Below are positions 1 to 8,761 of a stretch of DNA of 64,000 nucleotides, in pieces; position 1 is the first letter of the stretch, and every line of letters begins with the position of its first letter. The notes below the pieces were generated by a model. The model saw nothing but the letters and a program-made list of their open reading frames with translations, made no database searches and was not told the origin of the DNA. The position numbers and the translations under genes were made by a program. The stretch comes from a virus, in the IMG/VR virus record IMGVR_UViG_3300037264_001145, positions 1 through 64,000 of that record, one strand, 5' to 3'.

Positions 1-19
1 GGTTATAGGAGCTATAATG

Positions 20-246
20 CCTATGCTCATACCTGCACCTATGCTCATACTGCGCCCAGGCCTACGATCATATACGTCCAATAATAACCTACATACAAGC
101 ATAGTATCGCACGATATACAACAATGCTATCGAGTACGATCATATGAGTCCGATAATACAACGCTTATTGGTCACGCGGCGGCGTGGTCCGATAAGAACA
201 TGGGGGGTGTGGGGGAAATATGCACGTTATCGGAACGTCCGATAAG
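20..246. repeat. Non-coding cluster of short direct and inverted repeats (possible origin, terminus or regulatory region)
   Basis: CCTATGCTCATAC at 20 and 38; TACGATCATAT at 63 and 135; GTCC(G/A)ATAA at 76, 148, 187 and 237; palindrome TTATCGGA-ACG-TCCGATAA at 227-245. Confidence 0.6.
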
Positions 247-378
247 CAGTTTCTTTTAGTAGGGGGCTTAAGCGCACCCGGACACCAAATGAGGTTGAAG
301 GTGTAAAACCGAATTCACTGACACACACTAGTCACGCCCTGTCCACTAAAAAAATACCGGGGACATCCTCGTATAGTA

Positions 379-831
379 TTGCAGCGATTTATGAACAGAC
401 TATCGTTAAAAGACAAATGGATGGAAAAATGGAAGGATGACGTTAGCCTCCAATTACAAAAAATCTATTGGTCCTGTAGAGCAAGATTCGCAGAAAGTAT
501 CTTACGGATATGTTACCACCCCAAACTTGTGCGTCGAGCCAATCATATCTACTATTTAGAAGAGAAGGTTAGAAACCAAGCACAACAAATAACCGCAATG
601 CAAGATCAACTAACATATAAAAATAAATTGAATAAAGCTTTAAATATTCTTGTCGCCTGTGACGGCAATTGTAATAAAAGTTATATGGATAATCCATGGG
701 ATGTGGATGAGGAAGTGATTAGAATAGCAGAAAGAAATTTTGAAAGATTAAAGCACTGGTGGTCAAGGGGAGGCCAACAAGCTGCGGATTTGTATATGAA
801 GAAAAATGATAAAAGGAATCTGTTAAAATGA
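379..831 (+). CDS. Hypothetical protein
   Basis: 150-aa ORF, first of a run of overlapping + strand genes (ATGA overlap with the next); start uncertain. Confidence 0.55.
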   Translation: MQRFMNRLSLKDKWMEKWKDDVSLQLQKIYWSCRARFAESILRICYHPKLVRRANHIYYLEEKVRNQAQQITAMQDQLTYKNKLNKALNILVACDGNCNKSYMDNPWDVDEEVIRIAERNFERLKHWWSRGGQQAADLYMKKNDKRNLLK

Positions 832-1016
832 AATTTATCGTCAGGAGTCTTTTAATGATAACAATACTTCTTTGTTTAGCAATTCTTGCGTCCGGTTTAA
901 TTTATATGGCTATAATCGCTTGGATGGTTTATTGGCCCATAGGATTGATAACAACTCTTATTTTTGGTATGGCCTTTGGTTGTTTGTGGGAAACTAGATT
1001 TGATGGACCTCTATGA
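828..1016 (+). CDS. Small membrane protein
   Basis: Two hydrophobic stretches; ATGA overlaps on both sides. Confidence 0.6.
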   Translation: MKFIVRSLLMITILLCLAILASGLIYMAIIAWMVYWPIGLITTLIFGMAFGCLWETRFDGPL

Positions 1017-1207
1017 TGAGATTAGAAGTTGAAATTTACAAACAAGGTTTCCGCGACCATAGATGGCGAGGATTTCTCGATACGGGTATAAACACTATTG
1101 AAACGAAAAGCGACTCGCGTTTTTATTGGGCAAGCAAGAAGCACGTTAAAGAGTACTTGGAATATATGTGTAAAACTTTAGATTGGCAATTAGAGTTCTT
1201 GATATGA
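1013..1207 (+). CDS. Hypothetical protein
   Basis: 64-aa ORF in a coupled gene run. Confidence 0.55.
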   Translation: MMRLEVEIYKQGFRDHRWRGFLDTGINTIETKSDSRFYWASKKHVKEYLEYMCKTLDWQLEFLI

Positions 1208-1225
1208 TTGGAAAGTGGAGGTAGA

Positions 1226-1636
1226 ATGATTAAAAAATTGTGTTTGATTTTATTGCTCGTGGTTGGTTGTAGAGATATAAGAAAAGAAGCTGGTCCTATA
1301 CTCAATGAAAATGCCACTGTTGTTGATCTAATTTATTCACCTTCTCATCATTCTCGTAGTTTGGATCTTGGATTGACCAGTGGTGGAGATCTTTCGTTTA
1401 CACCAACGTCAGTATCTATTCCAGAAAGACACGGTGTGGTATTTAAGTGTCAGCATGGTAAGTTCTATGTAGAGGACAAGGAACTTTGGTTGAAACTAAT
1501 AGAGGGTGATGATGTTGTGGTAGAATATAAAGAGTTATTTTATGTAGAATACGAAAACGGGGTTGAAATATCCAGAGAACTTTATAAAATGGATTTTCTT
1601 GGCGTGGCAATCATTTGTCACTCGGAGATCAGATAG
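1226..1636 (+). CDS. Putative lipoprotein
   Basis: GGAGG RBS then ATG at 1226; MIKKLCLILLLVVGC has basic N-terminus, hydrophobic core and lipobox-like Cys. Confidence 0.6.
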   Translation: MIKKLCLILLLVVGCRDIRKEAGPILNENATVVDLIYSPSHHSRSLDLGLTSGGDLSFTPTSVSIPERHGVVFKCQHGKFYVEDKELWLKLIEGDDVVVEYKELFYVEYENGVEISRELYKMDFLGVAIICHSEIR

Positions 1637-2004
1637 TGTGCGAATGTGGTTGTTTACTAACCGGGGAATTTTTCAAATTACGTGGCCCAAAGAATATATG
1701 GTACATTATTCACAAATATCCTGGTTGTAAAAATTGCTCGACGCCATGTGGTGTGTTGTTTTCTGAAATACCAGAGGATCATCCGGACTTTCATTTTTAC
1801 GAATTTTATAGAAAAATAATCAAAGGTAAGACAGATTGTATAGCTTTCTTTTCCCAAGAGGAATTACAAACACAATTGAGAAAATATTTGGAGATATATT
1901 TCACAGTAAGAAATCCAACTTCTTACCACGAGGATGGGTGTGACGAACATGACGCGGACGTGATAGCGGAAGAGTTTGCGGAGGAGTTTATGAATGAAAG
2001 ATAA
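1615..2004 (+). CDS. Hypothetical Cys-rich protein
   Basis: CECGC and CKNC motifs; start uncertain. Confidence 0.5.
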   Translation: MSLGDQIVCECGCLLTGEFFKLRGPKNIWYIIHKYPGCKNCSTPCGVLFSEIPEDHPDFHFYEFYRKIIKGKTDCIAFFSQEELQTQLRKYLEIYFTVRNPTSYHEDGCDEHDADVIAEEFAEEFMNER

Positions 2005-2164
2005 AGAATCCCTAAGAAGAGTAAGAGAACTTATTATGCTACAAGATTATATGGAAAACATATTTCTTTGTCATAAAGTACCGGAACGAATTATAAATAA
2101 GATAAGATCAAATTTTGAAGAAAATCTTAAGTCAATTTTATGGCCAGTGAAAGAGTGCAAATGA
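1994..2164 (+). CDS. Small hypothetical protein (below the ORF-track cutoff)
   Basis: MKDKESLRRV...VKECK*; GAGGAG RBS; fills the gap and has an ATGA overlap with the next gene. Confidence 0.5.
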   Translation: MKDKESLRRVRELIMLQDYMENIFLCHKVPERIINKIRSNFEENLKSILWPVKECK

Positions 2165-2376
2165 TCGAAGTAAACCTGAAATACCTGAATAGGCCGAAGT
2201 TTGAACTGTACGCCAACGAACTTTGTGTCAAGCACAATATTTCTTTAGATTTAATCGAATTAAATCACGAACATTGTCGTATAATAATTGACGGGAAAGA
2301 AGAGGACGTAAAAGAATTGATTAAAGATAGACTTGTTTTATATGTCACAGAGACCACCAATAGAAGGAGAAAATAA
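2161..2376 (+). CDS. Hypothetical protein
   Basis: ORF 2140..2376; start moved to ATG 2161 because of the ATGA overlap. Confidence 0.5.
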   Translation: MIEVNLKYLNRPKFELYANELCVKHNISLDLIELNHEHCRIIIDGKEEDVKELIKDRLVLYVTETTNRRRK

Positions 2377-2552
2377 TGTTAGGGTATTTTTGTTTATTTT
2401 TTATTGGATGGATATTGTGCGGACTTTGTGCCGGTACTATACAAATAAAATATTCTCCACAAGGAAGATATATTTCGTGGTTTGAATTTTTGTTTTGGGG
2501 GCCACTTGCTTTATTGATAGTAATATGGATTGATTTTTTAAATAAAGGATAA
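2376..2552 (+). CDS. Small membrane protein (below the ORF-track cutoff)
   Basis: MLGYFLFIFIGWILCG...IVIWIDFLNKG*; two hydrophobic segments; TAATG overlap. Confidence 0.5.
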   Translation: MLGYFCLFFIGWILCGLCAGTIQIKYSPQGRYISWFEFLFWGPLALLIVIWIDFLNKG

Positions 2553-2555
2553 ATA

Positions 2556-3263
2556 ATGCGTGACGTAATAATAATGAGTGTTCAACGAGTGTGGGAAAAA
2601 ATTAAATTAGAATCGCTTCCTCTTCGTGTTGCTGAAATATTTGCTGATGATATTGTAAAATCTATTTCTGATTTCAATAAAGGGAGTGGTGGTCCGTGTC
2701 CTAAATGTGGAAAAGGAATGTCTGCAAAATATTGTAGGAGATGTTCCTTTAAAGAAACTAATATATTACATAAGCCATGTTCTTGTGGGAGTCAATTTCA
2801 GGTTTTTAAAGATGATCTAAATGAAGATATATGGTTATTCATTTGTAATAATGAAGGGGCTTGTTGCGAAGTTATTTCTATGCGAATAAAGGCCGAAACA
2901 GAAGATGGTGCGTGGTTGGTATGGGACGATATCACTCTAGGAACTTATAGTCCTGTTCCAAAAAATATAAAAGAAAGCCTTGGCAAAGCTATAGATAGGG
3001 CCGAGCAAAAAATGCAGGCTGAAAATGTTAAGCCTCGCGTCAATTGTGGTCCACCGACTTTTTCTAATGATAAGGACTATGATATTACATATAATTCAAA
3101 ATTAAAAGAATGTGCTAAGGCTATGGTAGACAAACTGAAGTTAATAGAAAAAGATGGACGATGTGGAAGTATTTTTGTTTTTGCCGCAAACCATGGTTGT
3201 ATTTATAGTGGACCAAATTATAAACAAGAACTTGAAAATTTGGAGGAAGCGTTAAAAATATGA
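2556..3263 (+). CDS. Hypothetical Zn-ribbon protein
   Basis: CPKC, CRRC and CSC motifs. Confidence 0.6.
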   Translation: MRDVIIMSVQRVWEKIKLESLPLRVAEIFADDIVKSISDFNKGSGGPCPKCGKGMSAKYCRRCSFKETNILHKPCSCGSQFQVFKDDLNEDIWLFICNNEGACCEVISMRIKAETEDGAWLVWDDITLGTYSPVPKNIKESLGKAIDRAEQKMQAENVKPRVNCGPPTFSNDKDYDITYNSKLKECAKAMVDKLKLIEKDGRCGSIFVFAANHGCIYSGPNYKQELENLEEALKI

Positions 3264-3445
3264 AGAAACCAACAATAACAATGTCGTTCGATAGTCTTGG
3301 TATCTTAAGTGAAAGTCAGTGGGGTGATTTAATAAAGAGTGTTGAAAAATTCGAGACACACTTAAATGATTGTTTTTTGGATAGTGGGTTAGAGATAGAG
3401 ATGAATAATTTCGACATAGATTGTAACAATGATGAAAAAATATAA
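3260..3445 (+). CDS. Hypothetical protein
   Basis: ATGA overlap; acidic 61-aa ORF. Confidence 0.5.
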   Translation: MKKPTITMSFDSLGILSESQWGDLIKSVEKFETHLNDCFLDSGLEIEMNNFDIDCNNDEKI

Positions 3446-3647
3446 TATACAATATCCGATGACTAGCAATATTTTCAGTGGACCAGTAGATGATTATATG
3501 ATTTTATCGGAACACCATTTTTTGTTATCTGCGTGGTGGACAGCGTATAAATTTCTATCTCGCCAAAATAAAATTAAAAAAGTTAGAATATGTCGGTCTG
3601 CTGATAAGATTTGTTTATTTGAAATACGAAGGTATTATGTTGTATGA
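3429..3647 (+). CDS. Hypothetical protein
   Basis: 72-aa ORF in the gene run. Confidence 0.45.
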   Translation: MMKKYNIQYPMTSNIFSGPVDDYMILSEHHFLLSAWWTAYKFLSRQNKIKKVRICRSADKICLFEIRRYYVV

Positions 3648-3659
3648 AAGGAAAACATA

Positions 3660-3998
3660 ATGTGGTATAGAATAGATTTTAGAGACAACGATAGTAAATT
3701 TTATGAAATAGATGATACAGATATTGGTTTATCAATTATAAATAAAGATTTAATTAAAGTAAAAAGATCTTTTGCTGTGTTTCCCCACAAAGGAAAAGAT
3801 GGTAAAGAAGGGCTTGCGGCTGCACAAATAAAAGATATGAATCCGATGTATTTGGTATGTAACGCAGAATATATCAATACTAGTTTTATTAAAAGTTTTG
3901 GTGTTGTTGATACGGATAGTAATGCGTGGAAACAAATTTCAGAAAACGCACTTGGCGAGAATCGTATATTGACACCAAACAAATCTATTGTTCTGTGA
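3660..3998 (+). CDS. Hypothetical protein
   Basis: AAAGGA RBS; 112 aa. Confidence 0.6.
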   Translation: MWYRIDFRDNDSKFYEIDDTDIGLSIINKDLIKVKRSFAVFPHKGKDGKEGLAAAQIKDMNPMYLVCNAEYINTSFIKSFGVVDTDSNAWKQISENALGENRILTPNKSIVL

Positions 3999-4159
3999 TG
4001 AAAATGGAAGATCAAGCTTCTTTCGATGAAGTAAAAAGTTTGTATGATAGAATTATAGAGATAACAAGTGAGTTATCTTTATTGACTGTTGTTTGTTTGG
4101 TTATGGTAGGTTTTTTAGTTTTATATCCGAAAGGAAAGAAGAAAAATGGCTGTGGCTAA
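3998..4159 (+). CDS. Small membrane-anchored protein
   Basis: TGATG overlap; C-terminal hydrophobic helix LSLLTVVCLVMVGFLVLY. Confidence 0.5.
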   Translation: MKMEDQASFDEVKSLYDRIIEITSELSLLTVVCLVMVGFLVLYPKGKKKNGCG

Positions 4160-4388
4160 AGCTCCAGTTTATAGGGAGAAAAATCATCAACCGAACGTCC
4201 TTAATGATTTATTAGAACAGGCTGAACGGGCTATGGAGGAACTCAACTTTGTATGTCGCGCTAATTTACCAATAAGTAAAGTGCCAGGAAATATTATAGG
4301 GTACGGGATAGAAGCGACAAAGAAGACTATAGTTTGCGATCATTTGGTTTCAATAATTAAAGAGATTAAAAAAATAAAAGGTTGGTAA
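4146..4388 (+). CDS. Hypothetical protein
   Basis: 80-aa ORF overlapping the previous gene. Confidence 0.5.
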   Translation: MAVAKAPVYREKNHQPNVLNDLLEQAERAMEELNFVCRANLPISKVPGNIIGYGIEATKKTIVCDHLVSIIKEIKKIKGW

Positions 4389-4438
4389 ATTCGTATAATA
4401 CTGTGGATGTAAATAATAAGAAAGAATAGGAGAAACAA

Positions 4439-4642
4439 ATGTTTAAGGTGAATGATGTTGTTCGTGTTGTTCGTTGCGAAGGTTGCCCAGGGGTCGTTGG
4501 TAGAGAGGGTCGTGTCACTGGTCTGTCAGAAGACAATACTACTGTTAAGTTGAGTTTCGGGAAGGGTCGTCCCCAGCGCGGTCGCCCAGAAAACTTTCCT
4601 GTTGGAGACCTTGCTCTAGTAACAGAAAAGGCAGGGGTGTAA
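4439..4642 (+). CDS. KOW/SH3-like small protein
   Basis: FKVNDVVRVV..G...GREGRV KOW-like pattern; AGGAG RBS; upstream TATAAT at 4394. Confidence 0.55.
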   Translation: MFKVNDVVRVVRCEGCPGVVGREGRVTGLSEDNTTVKLSFGKGRPQRGRPENFPVGDLALVTEKAGV

Positions 4643-4643
4643 C

Positions 4644-4802
4644 ATGGCTAAAAGAAAGAAATCGGTAAAACGAGGTGATCCATTCAAGAATATGGGAAAC
4701 GGAAAGAGCAAGCCCAAGCCCAGGGGCAAGAAAAGTAAAAAGCAAGGTTTCTTCGAACGATTAAAGGGTTTTTTTCTAGGGATATTTAAATGCCGTATGT
4801 AA
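4644..4802 (+). CDS. Small highly basic protein
   Basis: MAKRKKSVKRGDPFKNMGNGKSKPKPRGKKSKK...; 52 aa; GGGGTG RBS-like sequence. Confidence 0.45.
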   Translation: MAKRKKSVKRGDPFKNMGNGKSKPKPRGKKSKKQGFFERLKGFFLGIFKCRM

Positions 4803-5077
4803 CAAAAATTTTAAGAACACTAGAATTAGATAACGCCATAAGTGCCGTAGTAAATGAAATATCTGACGAGAATCTCAACCCAGGTCTTGTTAATTATACG
4901 ATATCTACCATTCTCGGAAGATTATTGTATAACCAAGACCTTAGTTATAGGAACATAAATCAATTGATTGGTGTTCTAGAGTGTGTTAAAATGGAATTAT
5001 ATCGTCGAATAGCTATTCCGTACGAGGATAAGATGATTGAGAGAAATGGGGACGTGTTTCCAGGGGCTATATTATGA
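4790..5077 (+). CDS. Conserved phage protein (DUF6899-like)
   Basis: MPY...G.VNYTI...IGVLECVKMELYRR..PYEDKMI.RNGDV pattern, recognised from memory. Confidence 0.6.
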   Translation: MPYVTKILRTLELDNAISAVVNEISDENLNPGLVNYTISTILGRLLYNQDLSYRNINQLIGVLECVKMELYRRIAIPYEDKMIERNGDVFPGAIL

Positions 5078-5313
5078 AGCCTTTTGATGTTCTCTCTATA
5101 TGTCCTAAGTGTGAATGCAAAGATGTGAACACTATGTATTTCGAAGGGGCAACATGGATATCCCTGTACGATAAGCTGAGGACATATTATGGGAAACAGA
5201 TATTTGAAGAACATCTAAAAAGACGTTGCACAAGGTGTCGTTTTTCTTGGCCCGAAAGTACCGCCCAAGTTAAAGTTGATAACAGCGGCAGGTCAGAAAA
5301 CTATATAGGATAG
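5074..5313 (+). CDS. Zn-ribbon protein
   Basis: CPKC...H...CTRC. Confidence 0.55.
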   Translation: MKPFDVLSICPKCECKDVNTMYFEGATWISLYDKLRTYYGKQIFEEHLKRRCTRCRFSWPESTAQVKVDNSGRSENYIG

Positions 5314-5325
5314 GAGCATAGATCA

Positions 5326-5589
5326 ATGGTATTTGAAACACTTTGTGTGTTTAATACACTTTATATTTTAAGTATTATTATATTTTATGTTTGTCTTAGA
5401 CATAGAAATCTTTGTTTGCACACCAAGTATAGACAAATAGTTAAATGGTTATTTCCAGGTGGTGTTTCTCGAAAGAGTAAAAAGCAAATTTACGAATTTC
5501 TTGAAAAAGAACCGGAAGAAGTATTTGATGAATCGTGTATTAAGACAACCACAAGTGTTTATACGAAGGAGTCTACGAAGCATGATTAA
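5326..5589 (+). CDS. Membrane-anchored hypothetical protein
   Basis: N-terminal hydrophobic helix; AGGAG RBS. Confidence 0.5.
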   Translation: MVFETLCVFNTLYILSIIIFYVCLRHRNLCLHTKYRQIVKWLFPGGVSRKSKKQIYEFLEKEPEEVFDESCIKTTTSVYTKESTKHD

Positions 5590-5878
5590 TGATACCGATA
5601 GATTAAATTGGTTAGAAGCTCAAAATAGTAAAAATAGTTATACGGGAAAATGCAATTTCAGATGGTCTACTACTGGCAGAGGATGGAGATTGATTGAAAC
5701 TAGTGGTGGACCAAATATGGAACCAACTTTTTCTACTGTTAGAGAAGCTATAGATTATGCAATGGGACAAGTATCTACAAAGGAACACTTTGATCACGGC
5801 CCATCACCCTATGACGCAGGCGTTGGACCGCTTAATGAAAATACGTACAAGAAATATCACGAAGGAGAAAACCATTAA
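5582..5878 (+). CDS. Hypothetical protein
   Basis: Probable start MINDTDRLNWLE at ATG 5582, in frame with track ORF 5459..5878. Confidence 0.55.
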   Translation: MINDTDRLNWLEAQNSKNSYTGKCNFRWSTTGRGWRLIETSGGPNMEPTFSTVREAIDYAMGQVSTKEHFDHGPSPYDAGVGPLNENTYKKYHEGENH

Positions 5879-6135
5879 TGAATATACATTTATTCAAAGA
5901 TATTAAAAGAAACGATTGTTATTATTGGTTCACTGATGAATCGGATGGTCATCTTACGGCGGAAAAAAGAAAAGCTGGTGCGGCAGATTCTTTTGAGGAT
6001 GCACTTATTAGTATAGGTAGAGCTATGATTATCCACAATCTTCAAATCAGTAAGATTTTTTACGAAAACGTACAAATTAATAAACAAACGTGGGATATGG
6101 CCGAACAGAAAGAGGAGATAAGAGACTTGGTATGA
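5878..6135 (+). CDS. Hypothetical protein
   Basis: TAATG overlap; AAGGAG RBS. Confidence 0.55.
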   Translation: MNIHLFKDIKRNDCYYWFTDESDGHLTAEKRKAGAADSFEDALISIGRAMIIHNLQISKIFYENVQINKQTWDMAEQKEEIRDLV

Positions 6136-7358
6136 AAATAATTAGTTTAGAAGCAGAAAATATTAAATGCTTGAAAGCCATAGAGATTAAACCGGACGGG
6201 AATCTTGTGGTTATAGGTGGAGATAATGGGAATGGTAAATCGAGCATTCTTGATTCTATCGAATATGCTCTGGCCGGAGGAAAACATATTCCAGAAAAAC
6301 CCATAAGAGAAGGTCAAGAAAAAGCACGAATAGTTCTTGATCTGGATGAAATTCAAGTTATTCGCACCTTCACAAAAAATGGGACTAATCTTGTTGTAAA
6401 AAGTAAGGAAGGAGCAATCTTCTCTACTCCACAAGCTATGCTTGACAAGATAGTGGGGAACCTGTCTTTTGATCCGTCTGAATTTTTCAGGATGGATAAT
6501 AAGAAAAGAGTTGAGACTCTTAAAAAATTAGTTGGTCTTGATTTTACGGAATTAAACAATAGATACAAGGCGGCTTTCGATAAAAGAACCGAAGTGAATA
6601 GGCGTGGGAAAGAGTTAAAAGCACAACACGAGGCTCTTCCGTTTCATAAAGATGTACCAAACCAAGAAGTTTCCGTATCAGAACTTTCTAAACAGTTGAC
6701 CAGCTCTATTTCAGAAAATCAAAAGCTCAACGAAGTACAAAGATCTTTAGATAATAATTTATTGAAGATACAAAGAATACAGGAGCAACTTTTGCAACTA
6801 ACAGAAGAAAAGACTAAGATAGAAAACTATGTTGTAAACCAAAGATTACAATTAAAGAAATCTCAACCCGTAGACGTAACAGACATACAAAATAAAATTG
6901 CTTCTGCGGAAGACACTAATCACAAGATAAGAGAAAATGTCAAGAAAACATCTTTGAATGTTGAATTAGAAAAACTTAGAGATGAATCACAGTCATTATC
7001 TTCAACGCTTGGGTCTATAATTGTAGATAAAAACGAAGCGATGGAAAACGCCAAGTTCCCGATCAAAGGATTGTCTTTTGATGAAGAGACGGTAACATTT
7101 AATGGAATACCTTTTGATCAAATATCCCAGGGGGAAAGAATTAAGATATCTGTCGCAATAGGATTGGTTATTAATCCTAAGTTGAAGATTCTTCTGGTAC
7201 GTGATGCTTCGCTTCTTGATGAAAAAAATCTGGAGATGGTAGCTAAGATGGCAAAGAAGATGGACGCCCAGGTATGGTTAGAAAGGGTTGGCAAAGGTAA
7301 GGAGTGTTCTGTAATTATAGAAGACGGATCAATAAAAGAGATGGTGTCCGCTGAATAA
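6132..7358 (+). CDS. SbcC/Rad50/RecF-like AAA ATPase
   Basis: MKIISLEAENIK start; Walker A GDNGNGKSS; long coiled coil; signature SQGE; Walker B-like LLVRDASLLD. Confidence 0.85.
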   Translation: MKIISLEAENIKCLKAIEIKPDGNLVVIGGDNGNGKSSILDSIEYALAGGKHIPEKPIREGQEKARIVLDLDEIQVIRTFTKNGTNLVVKSKEGAIFSTPQAMLDKIVGNLSFDPSEFFRMDNKKRVETLKKLVGLDFTELNNRYKAAFDKRTEVNRRGKELKAQHEALPFHKDVPNQEVSVSELSKQLTSSISENQKLNEVQRSLDNNLLKIQRIQEQLLQLTEEKTKIENYVVNQRLQLKKSQPVDVTDIQNKIASAEDTNHKIRENVKKTSLNVELEKLRDESQSLSSTLGSIIVDKNEAMENAKFPIKGLSFDEETVTFNGIPFDQISQGERIKISVAIGLVINPKLKILLVRDASLLDEKNLEMVAKMAKKMDAQVWLERVGKGKECSVIIEDGSIKEMVSAE

Positions 7359-7752
7359 AAAATACAATAGAAGACTAGTCATTGCAGTTGACCTAGATAA
7401 AACCATTGCAATATATGATCACTGGAAAGATATTTATCAGTTCGGCGAACCGTTACCCGGAGCGAAAGAGTTTCTAGAAGAACTACATAAGTTTGGAGAT
7501 ATAATAATCCACACCTGTCGTTGTTCTCCCACTGTTGTTTCTAAAAATACCGCTCCGTGGTTGTTGTCGAAAATCGTTGGTGATTGGATGGATACTCATG
7601 GCTTGGTTTATGATCAAATTTGGTATGAGTGTGGTAAGCCGAATGCAGATATTTTTATAGACGACAAAGGATATAGGGTTCCAGAGAATCCCAAGCCCGA
7701 AGATTATAAAACGGTCATAGAATTTGTAAAAGAAACTTTTGGAGTAGGATGA
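7351..7752 (+). CDS. HAD-superfamily phosphatase
   Basis: The frame is open upstream of the track start 7561 and contains IAVDLDKTI (DxD motif I), HTCR and GKPNADIFIDDK; probable CTG start. Confidence 0.75.
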   Translation: MNKKYNRRLVIAVDLDKTIAIYDHWKDIYQFGEPLPGAKEFLEELHKFGDIIIHTCRCSPTVVSKNTAPWLLSKIVGDWMDTHGLVYDQIWYECGKPNADIFIDDKGYRVPENPKPEDYKTVIEFVKETFGVG

Positions 7753-8279
7753 CGAAAGAAATTTGGAAAAATATTCCGGGTTATGAAAATTTATATCAAG
7801 TTTCTAATTTAGGCTTAATTAGAAGTTTGATTAGATGGAATGGAACAAATAATCGTATACTACAACAAACTTCAATAAAAGATGGTCGTTGGAAAGTTAT
7901 CTTATGTAAAAACAATAAAAAGAAAACATATAAAGTTCATCGACTTGTATTAGAAGCATTTATAGGGAAATGTCCTCTAGGTATGGAATGCAGACATTTA
8001 GATGGAGACCCCGGAAATAATGTATTAGAAAATTTATGTTGGGGTTCTCATTCAGATAATGAAAAAGATAAAGTAAGACACGGAACGAAGACATATCCTG
8101 CGTGGTTCGACAACATTGGATCAAAACATGGTATGTCAATATTAAAAGAAAAAGATATACCAGATATTAGAAATATGTTCAAAAATGGGTTTTCGTGTAT
8201 AGATATAGCTGAAAAATATAATGTTTCTAGAGGATGTATTTCTGGAATAGTATATAAAAGAAACTGGAGGCATATTTAA
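7749..8279 (+). CDS. NUMOD4/HNH homing endonuclease
   Basis: EIWKNIPGYENLYQVSNLG (NUMOD4); VHRLV...CRHLDGDPGNNVLENL (HNH); C-terminal HTH. Confidence 0.9.
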   Translation: MTKEIWKNIPGYENLYQVSNLGLIRSLIRWNGTNNRILQQTSIKDGRWKVILCKNNKKKTYKVHRLVLEAFIGKCPLGMECRHLDGDPGNNVLENLCWGSHSDNEKDKVRHGTKTYPAWFDNIGSKHGMSILKEKDIPDIRNMFKNGFSCIDIAEKYNVSRGCISGIVYKRNWRHI

Positions 8280-8761
8280 TGATATTGTTTATTTCATTAA
8301 TTTTATTTATTGCAACGATTGGGTATCTTTTATTTGAAAGTAATATGTTTAATATACAAAAATTATTTAAAAAACAACCACGATACGACTGGTATCTGGC
8401 CGGGCCAATGACTGGATATCCAGAACATAACCATCCAGCTTTTAAACTTGCCGCGAAGTTATTGAGAAACAGGGGATATACGGTTTGGAGTCCTGCGGAA
8501 GAAAACGACACCCATCTTACTTTTAATGTATGTATGAAAAAAGATTTAAATGCTGTTGTTAATTTATGTAGAGGGATTGTTTTATTGAATGGATGGAAGA
8601 GATCTCTAGGGGCTAATACAGAGACTCTTTCGGCTTATGTGTGCGGAAAGAGTATCAGAGAATTGGTGATCTTTGAGAACAAGGAGACGAAAGATGGTTA
8701 TGAGTTATCTTTTTGCGAGATTAATCCAGAACACTATTTACTTCCATACAATGTGTTTTAG
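8279..8761 (+). CDS. DUF4406 / nucleoside 2-deoxyribosyltransferase-like protein with N-terminal TM helix
   Basis: YLAGPMTGYPEHNHPAF...SPAE...D...LLNGWKRSLGANTE. Confidence 0.75.
   Translation: MILFISLILFIATIGYLLFESNMFNIQKLFKKQPRYDWYLAGPMTGYPEHNHPAFKLAAKLLRNRGYTVWSPAEENDTHLTFNVCMKKDLNAVVNLCRGIVLLNGWKRSLGANTETLSAYVCGKSIRELVIFENKETKDGYELSFCEINPEHYLLPYNVF

Noticed and set aside
20-246. Possible CRISPR array
   Set aside because: Repeats are only 9-13 bp with irregular spacing, and no cas genes were seen.
17-259. 80-aa ORF at the window start
   Set aside because: It overlaps the repeat cluster, has atypical composition and no recognisable motif; more likely non-coding.
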